A DNA stretch of 64,000 nt from Octopus sinensis (lineage: Eukaryota), in contig NC_043001.1 in the NCBI RefSeq assembly GCF_006345805.1, positions 122,822,001-122,886,000 of the forward strand. Reading direction: 5' to 3'. Positions within the stretch are counted from its first letter, which is position 1. Each line of letters begins with the position of its first letter. The position numbers and the translations under genes are program-made. The notes beneath the pieces were generated by a model. It saw nothing but the letters and a program-made list of their open reading frames with translations, was not told the DNA's origin and did not search any database. Shown piece by piece: positions 51,106 to 64,000 of the stretch.

Positions 51106-51938
51106 ACATGACGCTTATTTATCTTTTTATAGCAACAGCTATCTCGTATGTCTCTTTCTTCGCCGTATTACAATATTTCTCTATTGAAAATAATTTTTTA
51201 GACCGAAAAAAATAATCTACAAACCTACCACTATGATTAAGAGTGGTCTCGATTGCGGCCACAGAGACGTCTGTTTCGACTATAAATGGCTTCAGTTCGT
51301 CTACTATAGCTTTGACAGACGTCGTAATAGCTGTTTTTAAATGATTGATTATACTTTCAGCTTCCTCTGAGAGCGGAAATGGAGCAATGAATAGAGATCT
51401 TATATTTCCAGAGAAGTGAAGAACCCACCGGGAATAACAAGCAAACGAACCCGGATTATAAGATAAGGATTGCTACTTAGTAGGAATAGGCATTTCTTTG
51501 GGTGTGATTAAAGGTTACTAGTCAAAACTTAATTCGTTGTTTAATTTGATAACCTAGAATACAGTTGAACATTTGCCATTGTCGTTTACGAACAAGTTTT
51601 ATTAATTTAGATAAATTTTTGCCATGTTCTTCTTAGGTCTATTCACGTGCGGTGACGTGACTTCCATCTCGTTTACTTGAATATGATGGCGTATAATTCA
51701 TCAGAAACACGCTACTCCGTTTGTAAGACCGAAACTAAGACGTTTGAGTCGACGCAATTGATCGTCTGCTTTGAATGCTATAACTCGTTCATCAAAACAA
51801 AAAAGTAGTACTACATGCTACATAAGTCAACAGTACTAAATACTTAAAAGGAAACTATTTTGTTAAGTAATCTAGGCTAGACAGCAATTACGTAAATGTA
51901 GTATTAGTTTCGAGTAGTCGTCTACAAAATATTTCCAT

Positions 51939-51969
<31 letters not shown>

Positions 51970-52265
51970 GCACACCAGGGTTAACTTATTTAGCCCTTTC
52001 TTGTCTTCTTTGAAAATATCATTCCATCGAAAAAAAGAACATATCGAATTTATAAAAAAAACTTATGGGATTCTGTAGTTAGATTTAATACCTGACGATA
52101 GATCAAAGAATATTCTTAGTAGATCGATTTTTAGTGGGGACAGACAACAAACCTCCAAGTCCAGATGAAGGCCGCCAAATTCAATTTTAACAGACGAATG
52201 TTTGCACAAAAAATTTAAATACAAAGAATAACATTTGTACAACAATCAGATTAAATGGAGAAACA

Positions 52266-52430
52266 GATTTGGTTATGTGATGGTCTTTATCGTAGATTGA
52301 TTTGGTTACGTGACGGTCTTTATGGTGGATTGATTTGGTTATGTGACGGTCTTTATCGTAGATTGATTTGGTTATGTGACGGTCTTTATCGTAGATTTAT
52401 TCGGTTATGTGACGGTCTTTATTCCTGATT
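52266..52430 (+). repeat. 33-bp minisatellite, 5 copies
   Basis: gatttggttatgtgacggtctttatcgtagatt. Confidence 0.95.
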
Positions 52431-53211
52431 AATTTAGTCAAACTAACTGAAGTCATCTTTACAATAAAGTAACAGGTTATTTTTTTTAATTTTATAATGG
52501 TATGTTTAGGGTATGCTCAAGGGATTCATGGATAAAATTTTCGGAACCCGTTAACTGAGTTATTGAATTTGATTACTGAATACAGATTTTTACAATCAGG
52601 TCATTTTTTTAAAAATTCATAAATGTTATTTATTTATTTTATTTATTTGAAGAATAGAGACATCATTCACAGTGCTTGAAGACCTTTCTAAATAACAATA
52701 TATATTTCCAGGAAGAAAAGAAAGAATTTAATTCACTAAGAATTCCATTTGTTTTGTATGGAAAGTAGACGACGACCTGAAAATCTTTTAATGCAAAAAA
52801 AATATATAAATAAGTGTCTCAGAGAGAATCAGAAATCTCACTAACTTTTGATGATCATCGTCTCGAAAAATGTCCGTTTCTGCTGACATTTCAAACAAGC
52901 AGTACAAAGTGCACATTTCACAGAAATAATTGTTTTGATGAAACACAGCAACACGTGAGGTCTTATTTACTTGTTTCAGTTTCCAAACTAATCTTCTTAA
53001 CTACTTCGTCAAAAGGTGCATCGCAATTTTCTATATGAAGAGCAGGCTCATAGTGTGAGAGTCTGTCGTGGCTACTTCTAATCTTAATCGTCAGGGTTTA
53101 TTTTCTCAGGAGTCCGATTCGTATTTAAGCTGAAAAAAGTGCGTTTATAAAGGTCTCGGACAATTTCCTCTCTTTTTCTCTTCTCATATATATATATATT
53201 ATATGGTATAT

Positions 53212-53273
<62 letters not shown>

Positions 53274-53515
53274 TATGTATATATATGTATATATATATAT
53301 ATAATATATATATATGTAATATATATTATATATATATTGTATATATATATATATATGTTATATATATAATATATATGTATAATATATAATATATATGTAT
53401 ATATATATATATATGTATATATATATACATATATATACACATACATTATATGTATACACATATATATATATACTCTTTTATACTCTTTTACTTGTTTCAG
53501 CCATCCGGCTGAGCC

Positions 53516-53557
<42 letters not shown>

Positions 53558-53573
53558 TATATTATATATATAT

Positions 53574-53906
53574 GTTATATTTCGGAATGGTCATTTTGCC
53601 TGTTTAGCCAATAAAAACGCACGCACTATATATTTGTTGTTATTTTGCTTCAGTGTTATTTATTTTTTACGTTAATCTTAATCTTATTTCGGCCAGAGTT
53701 CTTTCGTCACACTCCTGTGACCGCATCAGTGGTCCTTTGTTTTCTTCTTTCTTATTTGTGTCTCTCCTTACTAATAAAATAACACCAAAATATATAGTGC
53801 GTGTGTTTTTATTGGCTAAACAGGCAAAATGACCATTCCGAAATATAACAATATCTGTTTCAACACACGACTTCACATAAAAAACTTGCACAACAAATAT
53901 TTAAAC

Positions 53907-53910
<4 letters not shown>
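53574..53910. mobile_element. Family G element with inverted ends and an HHR motif at 53691-53735 (-)
   Basis: ~65-bp inverted arms homologous to 42385-42500; minus strand GGACCA-CTGATGC-G-GTCAC-AGGAGT-GTGAC-GAAA-GAACT-C-TGG. Confidence 0.7.
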
Positions 53911-53949
<39 letters not shown>

Positions 53950-53960
53950 GTGTGTGTGTG

Positions 53961-54058
<98 letters not shown>

Positions 54059-54484
54059 CAGGATGAGTAAAATTCCAAGGCTGTAAAGATTTTAGAACAT
54101 TTATCTCATTCTGTTAATTTTTTGATATATACACATACTGACAAATGACCTACGTTGCAACTTAGTGCTATACATAGCACTTACTCGGCATTACCTGACA
54201 CCTTTGGGTCTTCTTGACACCATTACCTCTCATAACTTATATATATATATATCCACTTCAGAAATGTAACAGTACGTGGATTATTGGCGACTTTTTCCTC
54301 TTCTTCCCTCATCTGTTTGGACTTCCCTATTTTTCCTGATTTCGAAGAGCTATGCTCGAAACATAAAATCATTACTCTTTTTCTTCCCCGAGTGTCGTAT
54401 TAATACATTGCTTATGCTACGTCCTCTTTTTTCTTTTTTCTTTTTATTTTTTCTCCTTTTTTTTCAATTATATATATATATATA

Positions 54485-54818
54485 ATTACGTTCTGAGTTC
54501 AAATCCGCCTTTCGGAGTTGATTAAATAAGTACCAGTTACGCACTGGGGTCGATATAATCGACTTAATCCGTTTCTCTATCCTTGTTTGTCCGTTTGTCC
54601 CTTCTGTGTTTAGCCCTTGTGGTAGTAAAGAAATAGGTATTTTGTCTGCCGCTACGCCCTGAGTTCAAATTCCGCCGAGATCGACTTTACCTTTCATCCT
54701 TTCAGGGTCGAGTAAATAAGTACCAGTTTCGCACTGGGGTCGATGTAATCGACTAAGTCCCTCTGTCTGTCCTTATTTGTCCCCTCTATGTTTAGCCCCC
54801 TGTGGGCAATAAAGAAAT
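54485..54818 (+). mobile_element. Dimeric family A SINE
   Basis: Junction gaaataggtatttt at 54630-54643. Confidence 0.85.
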
Positions 54819-54835
54819 GTATATACAATCATACA

Positions 54836-55072
54836 CAGGGTGTTCAAAAAGTCTTTCCGCAGTGAATTTTTTCATCCAAAATATATTTCAAAACATGTGT
54901 AGAAGAGGCAACTTATTGAAGAGAAAATGAAGGACGACACTTTCAACACTTCTTATAAAGGTTTTTTTTTTAAAGTCTTGTAAAGTTTAATATATTCTTT
55001 TGTAGTCTTATACCATCTTATAAATATTTATTTTGCAATAAAATACTGCGGAGAGACTTCTTGAACACCCTG
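54836..55072. mobile_element. Tc1/mariner-type MITE
   Basis: TIRs cagggtgttcaaaaagtctttccgcagt / actgcggagagacttcttgaacaccctg; TA on the right, CA on the left. Confidence 0.85.
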
Positions 55073-55238
55073 TATATATACATATGCTAATAGCGACGGC
55101 AGGCACAGCTGCAGAAACTTATAAAAATTCAACCATTTCCATTGATATTATAATACCATGAAATTTAAACCTCTGTGCGTTTCTATGTATGTGTGTAGAT
55201 GTATATAAGCGTGACTATCTATCCATTTATATGTATGT

Positions 55239-55289
<51 letters not shown>

Positions 55290-55767
55290 TGTGTGTGTGT
55301 GTGTGCGTGTGTGTGTGTGTGTGTGTGTATAATACGGGTTGTCTTTGGGTGAAATTTTCCTCGTTATAGTAAAGATTACAGTCAGATATATGCTAATACT
55401 AAACAGTTAAGGTCGTTGACGTTTTGTTACTGTGTCGGAACGATAATTAGTGTTGGTGGAATTTTTTTTTTAAAAGTTCGTAGTCAAGTCTACATATGAT
55501 AATTATTTATACAAATCTATAATAAAGGCAATTGTGTACATACACGCACACACGAGCATACGTATATGATGGCTAGGACTCGATTTTTTCAAAGAGCGGA
55601 TAGAGTCAACGGCTCTTTAACAGCCTGGACCGAGAAACATACGTACGTACGTACATATGTATGTATGTTTGAAATCAAGTTACAAAGCATCATACATACA
55701 TACGTGCGTACGTACGTATGTACGTGCGTATGATGTATGTATGTATGTATGTGTGTATGTATGTATG

Positions 55768-55799
<32 letters not shown>

Positions 55800-55888
55800 T
55801 GTATGTATGTACATATGTGTGTATGTATGTATGTATGTATGTATGAAATCGGCTTACAGCCATCAATGTACGCACGAACATGAACAGC

Positions 55889-56250
55889 AGTGGAGGTGCA
55901 ATGGCCCAGTGGCTAGGGCAGTGGACTCGCGGTCGAAAGATCGCTGTTTCGATTCCCAGACCAGGCGTTGTGTGTGTTTATTGAGCGAAAACACCTAAAG
56001 CTCCACGAAGCTCCGGCAGGGGTTGGTGGTGACCTCTGTTGTACTCTTTCGCTCCAACTTTCTCTCACTCTTTCTTCCTGTTTCTTGTCTCCGACTTCCT
56101 GAGCCTCGATGCGTATTCATCCATCCGTCGATGTTCTCGGTGTCGGGGGTTGACCTGCTTTCTCTTCTGCAGGTCTTACCAATAGCAAAGGACCACATTT
56201 CGGACTTCTCCCATCTTGCGAGCTCTGGGACGAAGACCGTTCGCTCAACA
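55889..56250 (+). mobile_element. tRNA-SINE family D
   Basis: A box tggcccagtgg, B box gtttcgattcc; homologous to 24361-24715. Confidence 0.87.
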
Positions 56251-56502
56251 GCAACAGCAACAATAACAGCAAAGATGTAGCTTTTTAGTTCTGCTAGAGA
56301 CCTGCACACTTTTTACACAGTTGTAGCAACAATGGGTGCCTCTTGCAGTAAGTGTTCAGAAAGTGTACCACACACGTTGACACATGACTTCATTCTGTCA
56401 TCGATTTTTTCATTTAGTGATTTACGTTTGTCGGCATCGGCCGACCATAGTATGCAGCGCATAATCGGAATTTTAAAAATCAAGCGATTCCAAAACTTTT
56501 AA

Positions 56503-56648
56503 AGGTGGAGAAAGGCCTTACACAGTGTCAGTGCCATTCTCTAAGCAACTTCTTTTGCGTCCAATGATAGAGGCTAATTCTTCCTTTTGGGCAAAAGCAT
56601 AAGTTGTTTAGGGAATGGGATAGGCCCTATACAAGGCCTTTTCTCACT
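56503..56648. mobile_element. Possible Kolobok-type MITE
   Basis: TTAA flanks; aggtggagaaaggcctt / aaggccttttctcact termini. Confidence 0.4.
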
Positions 56649-56654
56649 TTAAAG

Positions 56655-56978
56655 CAGTGGTTCCGAACCAGGGTCCATATAACACTTTTGGGTGTTCACA
56701 CAATAAAAAAACTAAATTGGGAATCCACAATAGCATTTTAAGGGCCTCCGAGAAAACGTTTCTTTAAATGTCTGTATTGCAAGAAACAGCTAAATTTCTT
56801 TCTTGAATATTTTACATAGTTCAGCTTATACAAATTAATGTGTGAAAAACAAGATAGGAATTTTCTAAGAAGCTTCTATAAAACTAGTTTCTAAACATAG
56901 AATGGCTATGGGAGTCCGCCAGAATAAAACAATGATCATAGGGGTCCAAAGAATTTTAAAAATCGTTGAGAACACCTG
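56655..56978. mobile_element. hAT (Charlie-type) MITE
   Basis: cagtggttccgaac / gttgagaacacctg termini; 8-bp TSD ctttaaag / ctttaaaa. Confidence 0.8.
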
Positions 56979-57904
56979 CTTTAAAAGCTTGAGACACAGG
57001 CATCATTTGAGTGTGTGCGTGAGTGAGTGAACGAGCAAGCGAACGAGCGAGCGAGCGAGCGAGAGTGAAGCCGCTTGGTACAGATTGACATTGAATTAAT
57101 GTATTAGAGAAAAAATTCAAACCAATGCAGAACGAGTATCTCAAGTCATTTAGAATAATTTAATTAGGATAAGGTGAATTTGAAGTTCTACAGCCGTTTC
57201 TGAGATAACATAAAGCGGCAGGTTAGTAAGTCCCCGCACTGGGCATTCCGTCATCAGAGACAAGGTATTTTAGAGAGGGAAAATGTTTAGTTTACAAGGA
57301 ATAAAATTCACAGTTTATAAGGAATAAAATAGAATAAAGGAGTAAATAGAAGAATAAAGATTTAAGGTTTTTAGAAGAATATAGGCAGGAGAACAATGTT
57401 CACAACTCATCTATTTCCAGAGGATATGGATGTTGATCTGTACTTCCATGAAGTTACAAGTCCTTAGTTAAAATCCTAGATAAATCCAGGAGGTATTCTG
57501 ACAGTATTTTGAATAAGGTATTCATATTGTAAATGTGTATATAGAGCGAGAAAATAAGATAGACATAAATGAATTTTGTGAGTGGGTGTATATAGAAGAG
57601 ATAGGAGAAAGAGAGATATAGATATAATTAAAAATGGGAGAAAGAGAATTTCGATTATCCCCACGTGGCTAGTTGTAATGCAAAATATAATAAACATGAT
57701 AAATATGATAAAAGAAGGAAAATATAATAAATATAACAAATAAAAGGAATTATAATTAAAGAAGGAAAATGCACACAGTTTACATAGTTTTGATATATTT
57801 TAAATAAAAGAGTATTGTGGTTGTCCACCGGTTCGCTTTCTCTAATCATGACATTGAAATTATTGTAATTTCTTATTTTCTAAAGGACATGGACTGAAAT
57901 ATAT

Positions 57905-57970
<66 letters not shown>

Positions 57971-58030
57971 CATACATATATATATATATATATGGACTGA
58001 ACAATGACTGATATATGTATATATATATAT

Positions 58031-58322
<292 letters not shown>

Positions 58323-58384
58323 TACATACATATACACAAACATTGCAAAAGTAAAAAAAAAAACACCCTTATAATCGTTGACCT

Positions 58385-58857
58385 TTATTTAAAGTAATCT
58401 GATTTCTCTGGTCGGAAAATGTGTCAAGGGCTGAAATTCATCGGAGGCTTTTAGCACAATACGGGGACAGTGCACTGCCGCACAGATGCATGTGTGAGTG
58501 GATCGAGAAATTTAAAAGTGGCGGGATAGTCGGGCGTGGCGCATGAAGAGGGTGGAGGACACTCGTCAACCTCCACTACTGAGGAGATGATTCAGCAAGC
58601 TCGATAGATAGTAATGGTGAACCGGTTCACCATTACCATCTCTTGGATCGCTATTTTTTGTTCTCCTCTGGTACACATTACTAGTGGGGAGTGCATGCGT
58701 ATACTGTAAAGCCAGACAGAAAAATAGCGCGATCGAACTCAAACTTCGATCACGTAACCACAATAGTACCAACTATAAGCACGCATGCGCAGAAGGCAGT
58801 GTGACAACAATAACGGTATATTATGGCGAAAGTGTGGATACTTTTTGACTTCCACTC

Positions 58858-58858
<1 letters not shown>
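58385..58858. pseudogene. Rearranged mariner: transposase HTH segment (+, 58385-58625) joined to an inverted TIR/5' end (-, 58640-58858)
   Basis: FLWSENVSRAEIHRRLLAQYG..EWIEKFKSG; minus strand tacgagtggaagtcaaaaagt TIR and MHSPLVMCTRGEQ. Confidence 0.8.
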
Positions 58859-58912
<54 letters not shown>

Positions 58913-58916
<4 letters not shown>

Positions 58917-59106
58917 TCGCCATGATAGATCTTTAGCCACTACACACATTTTCTCTCTTTTTTTCTCTCCTTTTTTCTCTCCTTGTTTTTTTCTGTGTCC
59001 CTTTCTGTAGAAGAGCGTAGGCACGAAACGTAAAATACTTTCTATTCCTGAGCGTTATACTAATACATCAGTTTGTTTTGTACACCACCAGTCTTCGTCT
59101 TTTGTT
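58913..59106 (+). mobile_element. HHR-bearing element, family F copy 6
   Basis: CTTTCTGTAGAAGAGCGTAGGCACGAAACGTAAAAT at ~59001-59036. Confidence 0.8.
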
Positions 59107-59109
59107 ACA

Positions 59110-59560
<451 letters not shown>

Positions 59561-59720
59561 TCTACTTTTATACATACGTTGGTTTATGTCGAACGAATAA
59601 GAGATTAGTGCTCAACACATGTTGAAAAAAGATATTTTTACATATTGAAACTGAAATTAGGAGTGCCTCATGACTGGTGTTTTAATAATTAGTACACGCA
59701 CACACACATTCGTGTGTATG

Positions 59721-59783
<63 letters not shown>

Positions 59784-59954
59784 TGTGTGTGTACAGTTGA
59801 AAAAATGTCAAACGAAAATAGACACAAGCTTTAAGCACAACGTGATTTGTTCCATCAATGATATATTTACCGTTTATTTCCGGTGTCTTCTGTCATCTTG
59901 TGGGCAGATCCTGTATTTCATGCTGAAAACCTTTTCTGTTTTTACGAAAGATTG

Positions 59955-60465
59955 AAGGGTAACATCGACCTCGGCGAAATATGAACTCAGAACGTAGCGA
60001 CGGACGAAATACCTTTTTCTTTACTACCCACAAGGAGCTAAACACAGAGAGGACAAACAAGGACAGACAAACGGATGAAGTCGATTATATCGACTCCAGT
60101 GCGTTACTGGTACTTATTTAATCGACCCCGGAAGGATAAAAGGCAAAGTCGACCGCGGCGGAATTTGAACTTAGAACGTAGCGGCAGACGAAATACCACT
60201 AAACATTTCGCCCGGCGTGCTAACGATTCTGCCAGCTCATCGCTTTTACAATTCCTAATATTTGATTATGAATATATAATATGATTATTTAAACATCGAA
60301 TGGCTATGAGGACCCCAGTGTCTAACTGGTACTTATTTCACAGACCCCGAAAGGATGAAATGCAAAGTCAATCTCGGCGGAATTTGAACTCAGAACGTGG
60401 CGGCAGACGAAATATCGCTAAACATTTCGCCTGGCGTGCTAACAATTCTGCTAGCTCGCCGCCTT
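59955..60465 (-). mobile_element. Family A SINE dimer (59955-60243) plus a further copy (60310-60465)
   Basis: Core motifs; junction at 60006-60019. Confidence 0.85.
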
Positions 60466-61136
60466 AATAATAATTTGAATAATTCAGCTCTGGAAACATG
60501 GGTCTTTCGTTCAACATTCTTAAACAACACCTTATTCAGGGATCTTTGGAGCGGGATGGGCTACTCGACCTGAAGAAAATTCTAACTGGGCCCCATGTGC
60601 AAGGTCATTCGCTATTAATCTTGATATAAAATCACCGTGTCACGCACATTGTGATGCATGTGCCTGGTGTATCCTTATCATACGGGTATACTGGGCTTCG
60701 TATATTTTACCCGAGTGTCACTTTGATAGCATTCACTGCTCTTACACTCAATAATAATTATCGTAATAACTATTGTTGCTATTGTTGATGATATTATTAT
60801 TATTACTGTTATTGGTATTATTATTATTTCAAATTTTTGCCAGCTTGAGGAAAGTGGACAGCTTGAGGACAGCTTGAGGAAAGTGGGAATGATTCGATTA
60901 CATCGAATCCAGTGTACAACTGGTACGCCGAAAAGATGAAAGACAAAGTCGACCTCTGCAGAATAATAATATAAATAATAATTTTTTCCACTGGTGACAC
61001 AAAGCGAGCAAAATTTCTCTGGTGCTCCAGCATGGTCGCAGTCAAAGGACTTGAATAAATAAAAGAATAAAAGAATAATACACACACACGCACACACACA
61101 CCAACACACACACACATACAAATAGATAGATAGAAC

Positions 61137-61220
<84 letters not shown>

Positions 61221-61511
61221 TGTTTCTTTATTAGCCACACAGGGCTGAACACGGATGGGACAAAATACAAAGTAGAGATTTTTTATTGGGGGTAAAAAAA
61301 AAGAAAAAAAAGGGCGTAGATTTTCGATCAAAAGGGAGCGAAAAAAGGAAAGAAAAAATGATCAATAGGGATCGTGTATCACAGAAATTTCATGATGTAA
61401 AGTGTAAAGGGGGAAACAGATAAGGTTTATCCGTTTATCCATCTTTTTTTGAAACAATCGCTAGACAAAACTTGCTTCTCTACTCTCACTTTCCTTTTCA
61501 AGTGATACTTG

Positions 61512-61605
<94 letters not shown>

Positions 61606-61896
61606 TAGATATGTTCCGGAAACCTCTCAAATAGCTAAGTCTGAATAGTACAATTTCTAGTGATCGCTGCTGAATCACTTTCTCAAACGAATGCTGAATC
61701 ATTAGTTTATTTGTTTAAATCCTGCTTCAACTAATTCATTTGTGAATCGATATTACTATTTCCATCCATCATATTCTTTCTCATACACCCAATGGCAGTT
61801 TATAGGACACAACAGTAACAGGATATTTGGTGCTATAATAATGATGATATCTATACCGGATTGGAATTGTAGATTACAAAACATTTCTGCACATCC

Positions 61897-61967
<71 letters not shown>

Positions 61968-61973
61968 TATATG

Positions 61974-62005
<32 letters not shown>

Positions 62006-62201
62006 TGTTCACATATATATTGTAATTAATAATATCAGGGTGATAAACATTATAGAAATTTTTACTAGCAGTGGCCTAGCGTATACAAAAATTAGTCAAT
62101 AGACTATATATTATTCATATAAAATGTACACTGTATTTGATATATATATATATATATATATATTTATAATAGGATTAGCTCGTATACGAGTAGGTATATA
62201 T

Positions 62202-62348
62202 TTGTAAAAAATGAAGTTCGAAAATGCTGCTGTATTATACAATTTTTAATTTTTATATATACATTAAACAGGAACTGAAACATGTTATAATGTATATATA
62301 AAAATTAAAAATTGTATAATACAGCAGCATTTTCGAACTTCATTTTTT

Positions 62349-62352
<4 letters not shown>
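62202..62352. repeat. Perfect 65-bp inverted repeat with 21-nt spacer
   Basis: Arms 62202-62266 and 62288-62352 are exact reverse complements. Confidence 0.97.
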
Positions 62353-62388
<36 letters not shown>

Positions 62389-62468
62389 TACATACATACA
62401 ACATACATACATATATATATATATACACACACCACACATATTATATAATATATATAATATATATATAT

Positions 62469-62504
<36 letters not shown>

Positions 62505-62716
62505 CGGGGTGTCCCAGAAGTCGCGCACCATTCTGGTTTTCATTTAAAATAATTGAAGCATTTTATTTTATTTTATATTTTTTCTGCGTGTTTTATTGTA
62601 GAGGGTGCTCAATTTAAGCATTTGCTACGATTAATTTCAATAAAGAGTTTTTGAAAATCAATAAGGGTGTAGTCTTTTAAAAAACCGGGATGGTGCGCGA
62701 CTTCTGGGACACCATG
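62505..62716. mobile_element. Tc1/mariner-type MITE
   Basis: TIRs cggggtgtcccagaagtcgcgcaccat / atggtgcgcgacttctgggacaccatg; TA TSD. Confidence 0.9.
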
Positions 62717-62954
62717 TATGTATATATATTATATATATATATATTATATATATACTATATATATATATATATAATTATATATATATATATTATATAATAT
62801 AATATATATATATTATATATATTATATATATATATATAATACATTACATACAATATATATCAGAGATATGCATATGTGTGTTATAATTTACAAATTTAAT
62901 TGGCTTTAAAAATTATTATCACATCAGATAACCGGTTCCGAGTATGTCCTGTGT

Positions 62955-62994
<40 letters not shown>

Positions 62995-63370
62995 ATGAAA
63001 TTAAAGCAAGTTCTGTAGCCACAAAATCTGAATTTCAGTTGTCTTAACCCGGAATCTTGTCAGCAGGGATGGACCGAAATACGAAACGTCGTGCATACTT
63101 GATAACTGATAACAAATGACTTTGATTTTGCTAAGATGCTACGATGTCGTCGTGAGAAAAGAATATAAGAAATAAGAGCACTCAGCGCAAACCTCTGCCA
63201 AATTAACACTCAACGATTAGCCGCAGATATCTGAAATACACTCGACTGTTCTCACAAATGAGAATACTAAAAATGAACCCAACCGCTCTCGAAAATTAAG
63301 TTTAAAAAAACGGAAAAATAATCCAGAATCCTTGTCCGGTACTTGATCGATACCAATGGTAGTCATGGAA

Positions 63371-63595
63371 TGTGAAGGTGGGAGTGCTGAAAAGTTTCTG
63401 GCTTTAAGGATGTCGCAAAAGGCCTGATTGGAAAACCAGCCTTCCGATTTATTTTACGGCGCTTAGAAAAATTGAAAGACTGATGCAATAAGAGTGTGAA
63501 TCTGAGAAGGGAATATATTGAATAAAAATCATAATTGATTGATCCTCTTGCATTTTGTTTTACTCAAGCAAGGAAATTTTCAGTACCTCCTCGTA
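63371..63595 (+). mobile_element. Internally deleted mariner
   Basis: TIRs ..gtgctgaaaagtttctggctt / aagcaaggaaattttcagtacctcctcgta; remnant C-terminus LEKLKD..KSVNL..EYIE*. Confidence 0.7.
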
Positions 63596-64000
63596 CTCAT
63601 GCTTCACAGTATTCGCAGACTCGAATGGCTTGGAGATTTGGATTCTTTGATATCTTCTCACTTGATATGTCAAGTCGGTATCAAAATTCACTTGATAAAC
63701 CTTATATTAATGGAGTGATGATCCGTCCTCTCTGTCAGTAACCTTCTCTCTGAGATAGTTCTAATTCTTCAGCGCACTTTGTCTACGAGACAAAGAAAAA
63801 TGTAAAGAATAATAAGGGTGTAATTCTGATATTCTGTCACAAATCAAGCAATTGTCCTACACACTCCAATCTAATTGTACTCCAGAGCTTTTCGTTTATT
63901 GAATATCCATATTAACTGCATTGCTTCTTATTATTACACAAAAATCTATTATTTTATAGTAGCTGCAATACAAAAAATGTTGATAAGAATAACCTCATCG

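Noticed and set aside
51262-51305. HHR-like CTGAAGCC-ATTTATA-GTC-GAAAC-AGAC-GTC on the minus strand
   Set aside because: G8/A9 are missing and stems I and II are mismatched; at best a fossil.

Overview
AT-rich eukaryotic DNA with no intact protein-coding gene, most likely a large intron or intergenic region. The SINE set and microsatellite load suggest an octopus (cephalopod) genome; this is inference, not a database result. Almost every ORF in the supplied track is a microsatellite artefact (YI/CV/HT repeats). The recognisable coding relics are all transposons: RTE LINEs, an R4/Dong-like RLE LINE, Tc1/mariner and hAT. Four tRNA-derived SINE families, Helitrons/HINEs, MITEs and many foldbacks fill the rest. 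Main discovery: a high density of minimal type-I hammerhead ribozyme (HHR) motifs in several unrelated short non-coding elements, sitting in or beside (TA)n tracts and often arranged as inverted pairs. Motifs with an intact CUGANGA core lie at 9781, 42543, 42635, 45036 and 45659. A variant or decayed core is seen at 53691 and 10432, and a six-copy family carries a fixed non-canonical CUGUNGA core. The picture resembles Penelope-like pseudo-LTR/retrozyme elements homing to microsatellites. A strong 21-nt microexon candidate at 47001-47021 (-) hints at a host gene. All folds and alignments were done by eye; coordinates of decayed elements are approximate.
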